Shown: in pieces, positions 20,701 through 28,522 of the stretch
Layout of the letters: every line of letters starts with the position of its first letter
How positions within the stretch are numbered: the stretch's first letter is position 1
Assembly: GCA_963801355.1 (NCBI GenBank)
Contig: CAWDEM010000008.1
Location: 1,664,001-1,728,000 of the forward strand
Source: Ignavibacteriota bacterium
Lineage (GTDB): Bacteria; Bacteroidota; Ignavibacteria; UBA10030; UBA6906
DNA: 64,000 nucleotides
Direction: 5' to 3'
Translations under genes and position numbers: made by a program
The notes under the pieces: model-generated
Told to the model about the DNA's origin: nothing
Database searches by the model: none
The model's input: the letters and a program-made list of their open reading frames with translations, nothing else

Positions 20701-20800
20701 GCGCCATGACAGGCGCGACGCTCCAGAGAGCAATCAGGCCAAATGCTATAGACACAGACTGGAATTTGGAGAACATGCTCGACCGGATAGCTATTGACAA
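17753..20800 (-). CDS. Hybrid sensor kinase (TM-PAS-GAF-HisKA-HATPase-REC-REC-HPt) with H-box His replaced by Tyr
   Basis: PAS (VHPED), GAF, NMSYEIRTPMNG, NAIKF, DTGIG, GGTGLGL, DIVLMDIQMP, SAHALKG. Confidence 0.9.
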   Translation of the reverse strand: MSIAIRSSMFSKFQSVSIAFGLIALWSVAPVMALVIVMLFASLAFVLWKNARTRRREARLLQTASQALHRSETNLRSLINTTPASITVLDQRRFLFVNSRAAELTGYSSEELCTMSIEDIVHPEDRKCARDAVNGWLGGSPAGDRCEFRILTKTGDIRWLDFSIGAFEHEGAPAVLGTGYDITERKVAQFELEKRDCILDAVGEAMSVLLRSPDYRESIGTALGLIGRATGVDGVHVYENHPHYDTGEPALSECFEWFSGDAVARTDDPSRQNVPYAPLLVRWHDVLRRGETIQGNLQSFPDNEQAFLRPRGIASILVVPIFLNDTFWGFAELDEYTRERVWTESEISILVAAAASISAVIVRARAEEHLKRTTEELAAAKLRAEAASKAKSKLLANMSYEIRTPMNGIIGMTDLVLGTSLTNEQHNYLQTARTSAESLLRILNDILDFSRIEAGRLELDRAPFRLRDALGATVRMFALPAMQKGLELTCHIDQDIPAMVVSDPGRLMQVISNLIDNAIKFTNTGEVAVTVDLINRAPDSVTLYCAVRDTGIGIPREQQHALFQAFSQADTAATRLLGGTGLGLTLSSKLVGLMGGALEVTSTPGVGSTFHFSVRCEVPAQLEEDDFEAERGALDGRHALVACANTTTLGSVLSMLISWRMETQAAMDADSVPAELRRAAESGSPYSLLLIDASLPGAAGCVGAMRATPSLRDITVVAMTAVTRDGVDDKLREAGVTSFLTKPILSTDLLSALRRGGERLQPSLSETGVTADGLIPRGSHPLHILLAEDQRVNQLVAEGILERMGHTVMLARNGREAVDAYMAESFDIVLMDIQMPLMDGFEATAAIRALEQERSVRTPIVAMTAHATQDCRKECLAAGMDAYVTKPIDAKELIAVIGRLAMTRIETQVFDRSALLEQCMGDEDLVQLLSARFLETVPALLQEIEQAVMRSDSAALRRSAHALKGVSGSMRAQRMVNESEKLELLGKENRSGEGSPHLHALKEELAMLGQVMARG

Positions 20801-21103
20801 AAAAAGCCTCGAAATCCATGCCAGTTTAATACCTATAGAAAATATGGCTTATCCGTGCCGAATTTCATATGTCATGGTTGGATTGCGCCATGTGGCGAAT
20901 AATAGCCACAACCGTTTTCCCTCTCAAAAACGCGACCAACATGACAACCGTCTCGCCGGCACGCATCCTGAAGGAACCACTCCCGCGTTGGACGAAATCC
21001 ATTCGCCATAAAGCAGCCTTTTCGATACCCTCGTGGACGAGCTAATCATCACACTCGTGGATGAGCTCGTCACCGTTGTGTCACCCATCCTCAAGGAGGT
21101 ACC

Positions 21104-22570
21104 ATGCAAAATTGTACAAAGTCACCCGGGTTCTTTTTGTTGCTCGTTGCAGCCCTCCTTCTCATGCCGGAATTCACGCCTGCCAATGAGACGAAAATCC
21201 CCGTCTCAACATCTTCTCCCGAAGCACGCGAACTGTTTTTGAAAGGGAGGGAACTCGTTGACAACCTGCGCCTCACCGATGCGAATCCGTTCTTTCGGAA
21301 AGCGCTGGCACTTGACTCCGGATTTGCTCTCGGGTACCTCTATCTTGCCCAGACCGCGGGCACAGCGAAGGAGTTCTTTGCCGACCTGGAGAAAGCTGCA
21401 AGCCACGCTGATAAAGTCACTGAAGCGGAGAAGCTCTGGATACTCGGCGTCCGCGCCGGGGCGTATGGCGATGTCAGGACACAGCGGACGAATTTTTCAC
21501 GACTCCTCGAGCTGTTCCCCGGTGATGAGCGCGCCCATATGCTCCTGGGTGTCTCTCACTTCGGGGTCCAGGAGTATGACGAGGCTGCACAACTGCTGCA
21601 GCGCGCGACGGAGATCTCCCCGACGTTTGCCCCCGCATACAACCAGCTCGGTTATGCCTATCGATTTCTCGGCTGGATGGAAAAGGCAGAAACCGTATTC
21701 AAGAAATACACCGAACTCATTCCTGACGACCCCAACCCCTACGATTCGTACGCCGAACTTCTGCTCAAGATAGGCCGGTTCAAGGATGCCATTGCACAGT
21801 ACGAAAAGGCGCTTGCTATCAACAATCATTTTGCCAATTCATACGCCGGCATTGCCTCAGCGCTAACCTACCAGGGGAAACATGCCGACGCCCTGGTGAC
21901 GCTGGGCAAAGCCTTATCTCTTGCCCGCAACGACGGCGAAAGACGAGCCGCGCTCTTTGCCCGGACAGTAGTCTATGCCGACAGGGGTGATCTCGTGCTC
22001 GCACTGAAGGAGATGGAGAAGCAGTATGCTCTCGGAAAAGTGACGGGCGATGTTGCTGCAATGGCGGCGGACCTGGTGTTTATGGGGAACATCCTCCTCG
22101 AGAAAGGAGACGCCGACGCCGCTCTTGAGAATTTCGAAAAGGCCAACGCAATGGTCCAGGCATCGGCGCTCGCAACGGCCATAAAGAACAACAACTCACT
22201 CTTCCATGCCTACAACGCTGCACGGACCGCCATTGCAAAGCACGATCTCACGACGGCCCGGACCCAGACTGACCGATTGCGCGAAGCAGTGAGTCTGAAC
22301 AAGAATCAGAATCAAATCCGTCTCGTTCACGAACTCGCCGGTATGATCGCTTTTGAGGAAAAGAGGTATGACGACGCAGTGACAGAATTACGGCAGGCCA
22401 ACCTGCAGAATCCCTACAATCTGTACCGCCTTGCCCTGGCCTGCGAATCCCGGGGAGACGTGGAAGCTGGCGCAACCACATTGCGACAGGCGGCCCGGTT
22501 CAACAGCCTTCCGGCGCTGAACTACGCTTTCATCCGCGCAAAAGCGGAGCAGAAGCTTGCAAAGATGTGA
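21104..22570 (+). CDS. Exported tetratricopeptide-repeat protein
   Basis: AAGGAGG Shine-Dalgarno, signal peptide, many TPR helices (AYNQLGYAY, NPYDSYAELL). Confidence 0.85.
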   Translation: MQNCTKSPGFFLLLVAALLLMPEFTPANETKIPVSTSSPEARELFLKGRELVDNLRLTDANPFFRKALALDSGFALGYLYLAQTAGTAKEFFADLEKAASHADKVTEAEKLWILGVRAGAYGDVRTQRTNFSRLLELFPGDERAHMLLGVSHFGVQEYDEAAQLLQRATEISPTFAPAYNQLGYAYRFLGWMEKAETVFKKYTELIPDDPNPYDSYAELLLKIGRFKDAIAQYEKALAINNHFANSYAGIASALTYQGKHADALVTLGKALSLARNDGERRAALFARTVVYADRGDLVLALKEMEKQYALGKVTGDVAAMAADLVFMGNILLEKGDADAALENFEKANAMVQASALATAIKNNNSLFHAYNAARTAIAKHDLTTARTQTDRLREAVSLNKNQNQIRLVHELAGMIAFEEKRYDDAVTELRQANLQNPYNLYRLALACESRGDVEAGATTLRQAARFNSLPALNYAFIRAKAEQKLAKM

Positions 22571-22596
22571 CGTCGCGGGATAAGAGCTTCAGGGAG

Positions 22597-22634
22597 AAAA
22601 AAAGCACGGGCCGGCTTGAATATCCGGCTCGTGC
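22597..22634 (-). terminator. Rho-independent terminator downstream of fba
   Basis: Minus strand GCACGAGCCGG-N9-CCGGCCCGTGC followed by T7, between convergent genes. Confidence 0.75.
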
Positions 22635-22653
22635 CGTTGGTATACGGAACCGA

Positions 22654-23604
22654 TTACGAGAGGGCTGTACGCACAGCCGGGAGACGCCCGGCAGACCCAA
22701 GCTTCTGGGATTTGTGCACTATGAAAGCGGCGTATTCCTTAACAAAGACCTCACCCGGTTTGCGGAAGTCAAAGTTCTCGGGTGTATCGCGGAAATTTTC
22801 GCGATGCACGCGGGTCCAGACCAGCCGTCCATCCGTGTCGATGTTCACCTTTGTCACGCCAAGGGATGCCGCGCGAACAAACTCATTTTCATCAACGCCG
22901 CACGCCGATGGATCGAGTTTCCCTCCCGCCGCATTGATGCGACGCACTTCCTCCGCAGGAACCGAACTCGAGCCGTGCATGACCAACGGCACACCGGGCA
23001 GGAGCTTTTGTATTCCCTCGATGACATCAAAATGCAGTGACTGGTGCCCCTTGAACTTGTAGGCTCCGTGGCTTGTGCCGATCGCAACGGCGAGGCTGTC
23101 GCAACCCGATTTCTTCACAAACTCCGTCGCCTCATTGGGATTTGTGAGTCGGGCATTCTTTTCATCGACCTTAATATCTTCCTCTACGCCGCCCAACTGA
23201 CCGAGCTCGGCTTCCACCGAGATGCCGCGGGCATGCGCGCGGTCGACAACTCGCCGGGTTGTCGCGATATTCCCCTCGAAGGGTTCGTGAGATGCATCGA
23301 TCATGACGGAGGAATAGAAACCCGATTCGATGCAGTCATAACAGGTCTTTTCGTCACCATGATCGAGGTGCACGGCAAAAATAGCGTCCGGAAACATCTT
23401 CTCGGCAGCCCGTATGATTGCCTCGATCATCGGGATGCCGGCGTACTTCCGTGACCCTTTCGAAATCTGGACAATGAATGGCGCCTGGGCATCCAGGTGT
23501 CCCTGGAAAAGGCCAAGCGACTGCTCCATATTATTGATATTGTATGCACCGACAGCGTATTTGCCGTAGGCGAGTTTGAACAAGGCGGATGTGGTGACAA
23601 TCAT
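22654..23604 (-). CDS. fba: Class II fructose-bisphosphate aldolase
   Basis: AVGAYNINNME, HLDHG, SSVMIDAS, VEAELG, AIGTSHGAYKF, HGSS, KVNIDTD. Confidence 0.95.
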   Translation of the reverse strand: MIVTTSALFKLAYGKYAVGAYNINNMEQSLGLFQGHLDAQAPFIVQISKGSRKYAGIPMIEAIIRAAEKMFPDAIFAVHLDHGDEKTCYDCIESGFYSSVMIDASHEPFEGNIATTRRVVDRAHARGISVEAELGQLGGVEEDIKVDEKNARLTNPNEATEFVKKSGCDSLAVAIGTSHGAYKFKGHQSLHFDVIEGIQKLLPGVPLVMHGSSSVPAEEVRRINAAGGKLDPSACGVDENEFVRAASLGVTKVNIDTDGRLVWTRVHRENFRDTPENFDFRKPGEVFVKEYAAFIVHKSQKLGSAGRLPAVRTALS

Positions 23605-23696
23605 GTGCTATAGCTCCCGTGAAAAATGTGCGCGATGTGATCTGATTGGGGGAATACTCTATAGCAAAATGTACCATGATTGTGCCCCATTGTCAA

Positions 23697-25955
23697 TCAT
23701 GGGCGTGTAACCTCAAATCTTCCCTCCAGCCCTTCAGCGGCATTGGGCCCGACGTAGACCGTGAACATGCCGGGTTCCACACGACGCTTGCTGTCAGTTC
23801 CGGTGAAGGCAAGGTCTGCTACCGGCAAAGCCAATGACACCCTCGCCAGCTGACCGGACTCAAGATGAATGCGTTTGTATGCCTTGAGCTCCCGCACCGG
23901 CCTCGTGACACTCCCGACTTCATCGCGCACATACAGTTGGACAACTTCATCCGATGCCCTCGTCCCGGTGTTCTTGAGCGAGACCTGCACTGCAACTGTA
24001 TCCGTGGCTTTGACTCTCGGCGTGACGACGGTGAGGTCGGAATAGGCAAACGAAGTATACGTCAAACCGAAACCAAACGGGTAGAGCGGCGAGGATGGCA
24101 CATCAAGGTAACGAGAAGTGAAGTGGACACTATCGTTTGCCGGCCGACCCGTGTTCTTGTGATTGTAGTAGATGGGAACCTGTCCGGTTACACGCGGGAA
24201 ACTCGCCGGAAGCCTGCCCGAGGGAGCGTAAGAACCAAAGAGGACGTCGGCTATCGCGTGGCCGGTCTCATGACCCAGGAACCAGGCTTCGAGGATTGCC
24301 GGCACATGGCCCGCCTCCCAACTGATCGCAAGTGGACGGCCATTCATTAGCACGAGGACCACGGGCTTGCCTGCTGCAACGATAGCGCGGATGAGATCAC
24401 CTTGTCGACCCGGGAGTTCAAGAGATGACCGGCAAGAGGCTTCGCCGCTCATGCCCCTCGACTCCCCTGCGGCAAGGAGAACAATCTCTGCCTGCCGGGC
24501 AACTGCAACGGCTTCCGCAATGCCGGTCGTGTCTGATCCATCGATCTCACATCCCCGGGCGAAGAGTATCCTGGCGGCGGGAACAGCTTCACGAACCCCC
24601 TCGAGCAGTGTGACAACGTTGTTCGTGTCTGTAGGACCGGCCCACGGACCCACCGGATCAGCGCGATTGTGAGCGAGCGGACCGATAACAGCAAGCGTCT
24701 TGATCGTGCGTTCGAGCGGAAGCATGCCTCCTTCATTCTTGAGAAGGACAATGGCTTTCCGTGCAACGGATCGTGCGGCCTCTACGTTCCCGGCACTTCT
24801 CAGCGCCGCTGTTTCACGTTCCGGAGTGGAGGCGCGATAGGGATCGGTGAACAGGCCAAGCCGGTATTTCATGCGGAGCACCCGCCGCACTGACGCGTCC
24901 AGGGTTGCCAGGCTGACCCTCCCCTGTTCCACAAGAGACTGGAGGTGATTGCGGTAGCAACGTGACTCCATGTCCATGTCGACGCCGGCATTGATTGCCT
25001 GTTCGGCCGCTTCCGCCGGTGTCGCGGCGGTACCATGCTGCACCAACTCCCCGATGGAATTCCAATCGCTCACGACGAAGCCATCGAACTTCCACTCGTC
25101 GCGCAGTATCGTGGTCAGGAGAAGACGGTTTGCGGAACTCGGCACCCCGGCGATTTCGTTGAATGACGCCATGAACGTCCCCACGCCGGCGTCCAGTGCT
25201 GCTTTAAAGGGCGGGAGGTAGACATCCCTGAGCGTCATCGCCGAAATATCCACGGTGTTGTAGTCCCTTCCCCCCTCCGCTCCGCCATAGGCCGCATAGT
25301 GTTTGGCGCAGGCCAGGACGGTGGCGGGGTCGGTAAGGTCCCGTCCTTGAAAACCGCGCACCCGTGCAGCAGCCATCACCGATCCGAGATACGGATCCTC
25401 ACCCGATCCTTCGGCAATGCGTCCCCAGCGGGGATCACGGGCAATATCCACCATGGGCGCAAACGTCCAATGTATACCGGAGGAGGACGCCTCGGCAGCA
25501 CTGACCCGCGCGGAGAGTTCCGCTGCACCGGCATCCCAGGTAGCTGCCTCCGCAAGGGGGATCGGAAACGTTGTCTTGAAACCGTGAATCACATCAAGAC
25601 CGAAGATCAGGGGAATCCGCGCCCGGGATTCCTCCACAGCAATTCGCTGCAGATCGCGGGTCACCGTGCTGCCATACACGTTGAGCAGTGACCCGACCAT
25701 CCCCGCCTTGATAAATGTTCTTTGCTCCTGGTTGATGCTCCTGCCCGTGGGCCCAGTGCTCCCCCCTCCCGTGTACTGCACGAGTTGCCCTATCTTTTCC
25801 TGCAACGTCAGACCGGCAAGGATGGAGTCAACCGCACGCCCCATGCCCGCCGCAAGTGCGGACTGATTGCTCTCCGGTCTCTGTGCAGATGTGCAGTTGG
25901 TGGAAAGGATTACGCAGGCAGCGCACATCACAACACACAGGGATTGTCTCATCAT
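23697..25955 (-). CDS. bglX: GH3 beta-glucosidase (BglX-like), exported
   Basis: DVIHG, RDPRWGR, KHYAAYG, VVSDW nucleophile motif, C-terminal Fn3-like domain; start at MMRQS. Confidence 0.9.
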   Translation of the reverse strand: MMRQSLCVVMCAACVILSTNCTSAQRPESNQSALAAGMGRAVDSILAGLTLQEKIGQLVQYTGGGSTGPTGRSINQEQRTFIKAGMVGSLLNVYGSTVTRDLQRIAVEESRARIPLIFGLDVIHGFKTTFPIPLAEAATWDAGAAELSARVSAAEASSSGIHWTFAPMVDIARDPRWGRIAEGSGEDPYLGSVMAAARVRGFQGRDLTDPATVLACAKHYAAYGGAEGGRDYNTVDISAMTLRDVYLPPFKAALDAGVGTFMASFNEIAGVPSSANRLLLTTILRDEWKFDGFVVSDWNSIGELVQHGTAATPAEAAEQAINAGVDMDMESRCYRNHLQSLVEQGRVSLATLDASVRRVLRMKYRLGLFTDPYRASTPERETAALRSAGNVEAARSVARKAIVLLKNEGGMLPLERTIKTLAVIGPLAHNRADPVGPWAGPTDTNNVVTLLEGVREAVPAARILFARGCEIDGSDTTGIAEAVAVARQAEIVLLAAGESRGMSGEASCRSSLELPGRQGDLIRAIVAAGKPVVLVLMNGRPLAISWEAGHVPAILEAWFLGHETGHAIADVLFGSYAPSGRLPASFPRVTGQVPIYYNHKNTGRPANDSVHFTSRYLDVPSSPLYPFGFGLTYTSFAYSDLTVVTPRVKATDTVAVQVSLKNTGTRASDEVVQLYVRDEVGSVTRPVRELKAYKRIHLESGQLARVSLALPVADLAFTGTDSKRRVEPGMFTVYVGPNAAEGLEGRFEVTRP

Positions 25956-25974
25956 GTTCACCTTTCGAATGTAC

Positions 25975-26047
25975 AGGGTCAGACCCGACCCACCTGTCAA
26001 TAGTCAATGGACGAATGACAATCATCAATCGGTTGGGGTCTGACCCT
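25975..26047. repeat. REP-like inverted pair AGGGTCAGACCC ... GGGTCTGACCCT
   Basis: Two copies of an imperfect palindrome (25975-25986 and 26036-26047) in inverted orientation in the GH78-GH3 spacer. Confidence 0.55.
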
Positions 26048-28433
26048 ATTGCGTCACAACATTCTCCCCCGACGGCAGCGCCCTCCGCTCGCCATTCGGC
26101 AGAATCGCTTCCGCAACGACACCCTCCGGGATCGTGACTTTCATCGAGAATGATCCGGCTTTGTTCCTCCAATCGACGGCAATCAGGCCGGCAGGACTCT
26201 TGAACGATGCCGCGGCCGACTCGAGAGTACCGGGATTGGGAGCGATCAGTATGCGACGCCATCCAGTGCTTCCCGGCTGCTGGCGAATCCCGGCAACGTA
26301 GGCATACTGCCACTCCATCAAATGACCGAGCATGTAGTGATTCATGCTGTTCGCAGTGCCCGGACGGGCATCCCAGCTCTCCGGAAGTGTGGTCAAGCCC
26401 TGAAGTACCATGAAGCCGTAGCTCCCCCTGTTCTCGCGCGAGTAGACCCGGTGAAGCACATCGTTCCGGTCTCCCTCTGCGAGCGCCCTCAGGAAGAGCA
26501 CCTGCATGACTTCCCCGACAGTCTGCTGCCAATCCCGCGATTCCAAATCATCGACAATTGCCTGAAGCACGGCAGGCCTGTCGGCGTCAGGGACAAGCCC
26601 CGCCATGAGTGCGAGGCTGTGCGCAGCCTGACAGGAGCCGTTGTTGCGCACGGTTTTTGTCCGGGGATCGTAAAAGTGCCTCTGGAAATCCAGTCGGATC
26701 CGGTCAAAGAGCGCCGCGTACTTCTCCGACTCGGCGGTCTTACCCAGAACGGCGGCCGCTCGCGATACCGTCTTCGCCCCCAGAGCCCAGATCCCCGTCG
26801 CACTCACCTCGTTCGGGGTCCATTGCGACGGACCGTCCCCTTTGCCGTGTCCGTAGTCGTACCAGTCTCCCAGATTGCTGGTGATGGTGCCATCCTTCGC
26901 CTGAGATGAGAGATAGTCAACGTAACGGCACATGCTTTCAAAGCTGGCGGAAAGTACGTCCGTATTTCCGTACCACTCAAACAAATGCCAGGGAACGAGA
27001 ACCCCGGAGATTCCCCACTCGGGGGCTTCATTCCAATAGCCGTGCGGCGCAACGCCGACAAGGTAATTCGGACAGTTTGTCGGGATATGGCCGTCAGGGA
27101 GCTGGGTATCCCGTAGATCCCGCGCGATCTTGGCATACCACGAGTTCACGTCAAAGGCGTAGCTCACCGCCCGCGCCATATGCCAGTTCTCTTCCTGCCA
27201 CCCGTTCTTTTCCCGGTGAGGGCAGTCAGTCGCCACGTAGCTCATGTTGGACCGGATCGACCAGTCGATCAAACGGTAGGCGCCGTTCTGCAATGCGTTG
27301 GAACAGGTGAACTGTCCGGCGTGCGGATTCGCCGCACGCACATGTACCAGCTCGAGACCCTTGACCACAGGGAGATTCCGGGGGTTGGGGTATCCGGCCG
27401 GCACCGCGCCCGTCACACCGACATACTGCGCACCGACGTAACAAAAAAGAATCTGGTGCGTTTCATCGCCGCTCCCTTTGAGCGTATAGTCGTGCCAGAT
27501 GTCTTTCTTTGTCCCCCAGGTATAGGTGAACCGTACATGCCCGGTCGAATCCACGTACTCGCAGGGTTTGAAGCGGATCGTCGAACCTGCGGTCCCCGAG
27601 ACGGTGAAACGGAGGAGCGCCGAGCAGTTCTGTGAAAACAGGTAGGTGTACTCGCCGGTCTGGGGGGAGACTATCTTTTCGGGTTTGAAGATTTCAAACG
27701 CCTTGATGGGCGGTCCCGTGTACGGGGCAAGAGCCGCCGCCGGCGCCGGCACAATTGCGACGGTCCGCCAGCCCCGCGCATCGTAGCCCGGAGCGTTCCA
27801 CCCCGGCACGACCCGCCGGGCATCATAATCTTCACCGCCATAGATATGGGAAAACGTGAGCGGCCCCGGCATCCATTTCCAGCTTCCGTCGCTCGCGATG
27901 AGCAGCTCCGCCCCGTTCTTCATTTTGATCCGCACTTCCAGCCACAAGATGTACGGATGACCGGCTGAGAAGTCGGGCATCGCATCGGTCTTGACAAACC
28001 GGCCGGTGTCGTTCGCGGCACCCACAGCCCAGAATGAATTTCCCAGCTGGATTCCAAGGACGTTTTCGCCCTGACGCAGCAGAGGAGTGATGTTGAACTC
28101 CTGCCAGTACAAGGTCCGGTTGTACTGCGACCAGGGCTGATTGATGAGCGACTCGTCGGCACGTTTGCCGTTGACCGAAAACTCGAAATGACCCAGGCCG
28201 ATGACGCGCGCTCTGGCCGTGCCCGGCACATCCTCAACCACAAACTGCTTCCGCAGGATCGGGCACGGACCCAGAGTAGTGACGCCAGTGTCGTCAGGTA
28301 CGATCCAGAATGGAGGCACGCCGGATGAGGAGGTCCGGGCCAACGAGGAGCTGCAGGCCAGAAGAAACGGAAGAGCGACGATAAAAGAGAACGTACCGGA
28401 TTTCAACCTTGGTGAGAGGGTATACTTTTGCAT
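26046..28433 (-). CDS. GH78 alpha-L-rhamnosidase-family protein
   Basis: IYGGEDYDAR, TDCPHREKNGW, LGDW, TTLPESW, SMNHYMLG; start at MQKYT (ORF track begins at 28526). Confidence 0.88.
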   Translation of the reverse strand: MQKYTLSPRLKSGTFSFIVALPFLLACSSSLARTSSSGVPPFWIVPDDTGVTTLGPCPILRKQFVVEDVPGTARARVIGLGHFEFSVNGKRADESLINQPWSQYNRTLYWQEFNITPLLRQGENVLGIQLGNSFWAVGAANDTGRFVKTDAMPDFSAGHPYILWLEVRIKMKNGAELLIASDGSWKWMPGPLTFSHIYGGEDYDARRVVPGWNAPGYDARGWRTVAIVPAPAAALAPYTGPPIKAFEIFKPEKIVSPQTGEYTYLFSQNCSALLRFTVSGTAGSTIRFKPCEYVDSTGHVRFTYTWGTKKDIWHDYTLKGSGDETHQILFCYVGAQYVGVTGAVPAGYPNPRNLPVVKGLELVHVRAANPHAGQFTCSNALQNGAYRLIDWSIRSNMSYVATDCPHREKNGWQEENWHMARAVSYAFDVNSWYAKIARDLRDTQLPDGHIPTNCPNYLVGVAPHGYWNEAPEWGISGVLVPWHLFEWYGNTDVLSASFESMCRYVDYLSSQAKDGTITSNLGDWYDYGHGKGDGPSQWTPNEVSATGIWALGAKTVSRAAAVLGKTAESEKYAALFDRIRLDFQRHFYDPRTKTVRNNGSCQAAHSLALMAGLVPDADRPAVLQAIVDDLESRDWQQTVGEVMQVLFLRALAEGDRNDVLHRVYSRENRGSYGFMVLQGLTTLPESWDARPGTANSMNHYMLGHLMEWQYAYVAGIRQQPGSTGWRRILIAPNPGTLESAAASFKSPAGLIAVDWRNKAGSFSMKVTIPEGVVAEAILPNGERRALPSGENVVTQ

Positions 28434-28522
28434 GATGTGCGGTCCCGGAGAGTGTATGAAGGGTCGCACATAGTGTAACGAAGTCCTTTGAAAAATGAAA
28501 GGACCGGGAGACCCGGCGACCT

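Noticed and set aside
21104-22570. TPR protein considered as the missing SusD
   Set aside because: It lies about 35 kb from the receptor on the opposite strand, lacks a lipobox and has no SusD motifs.
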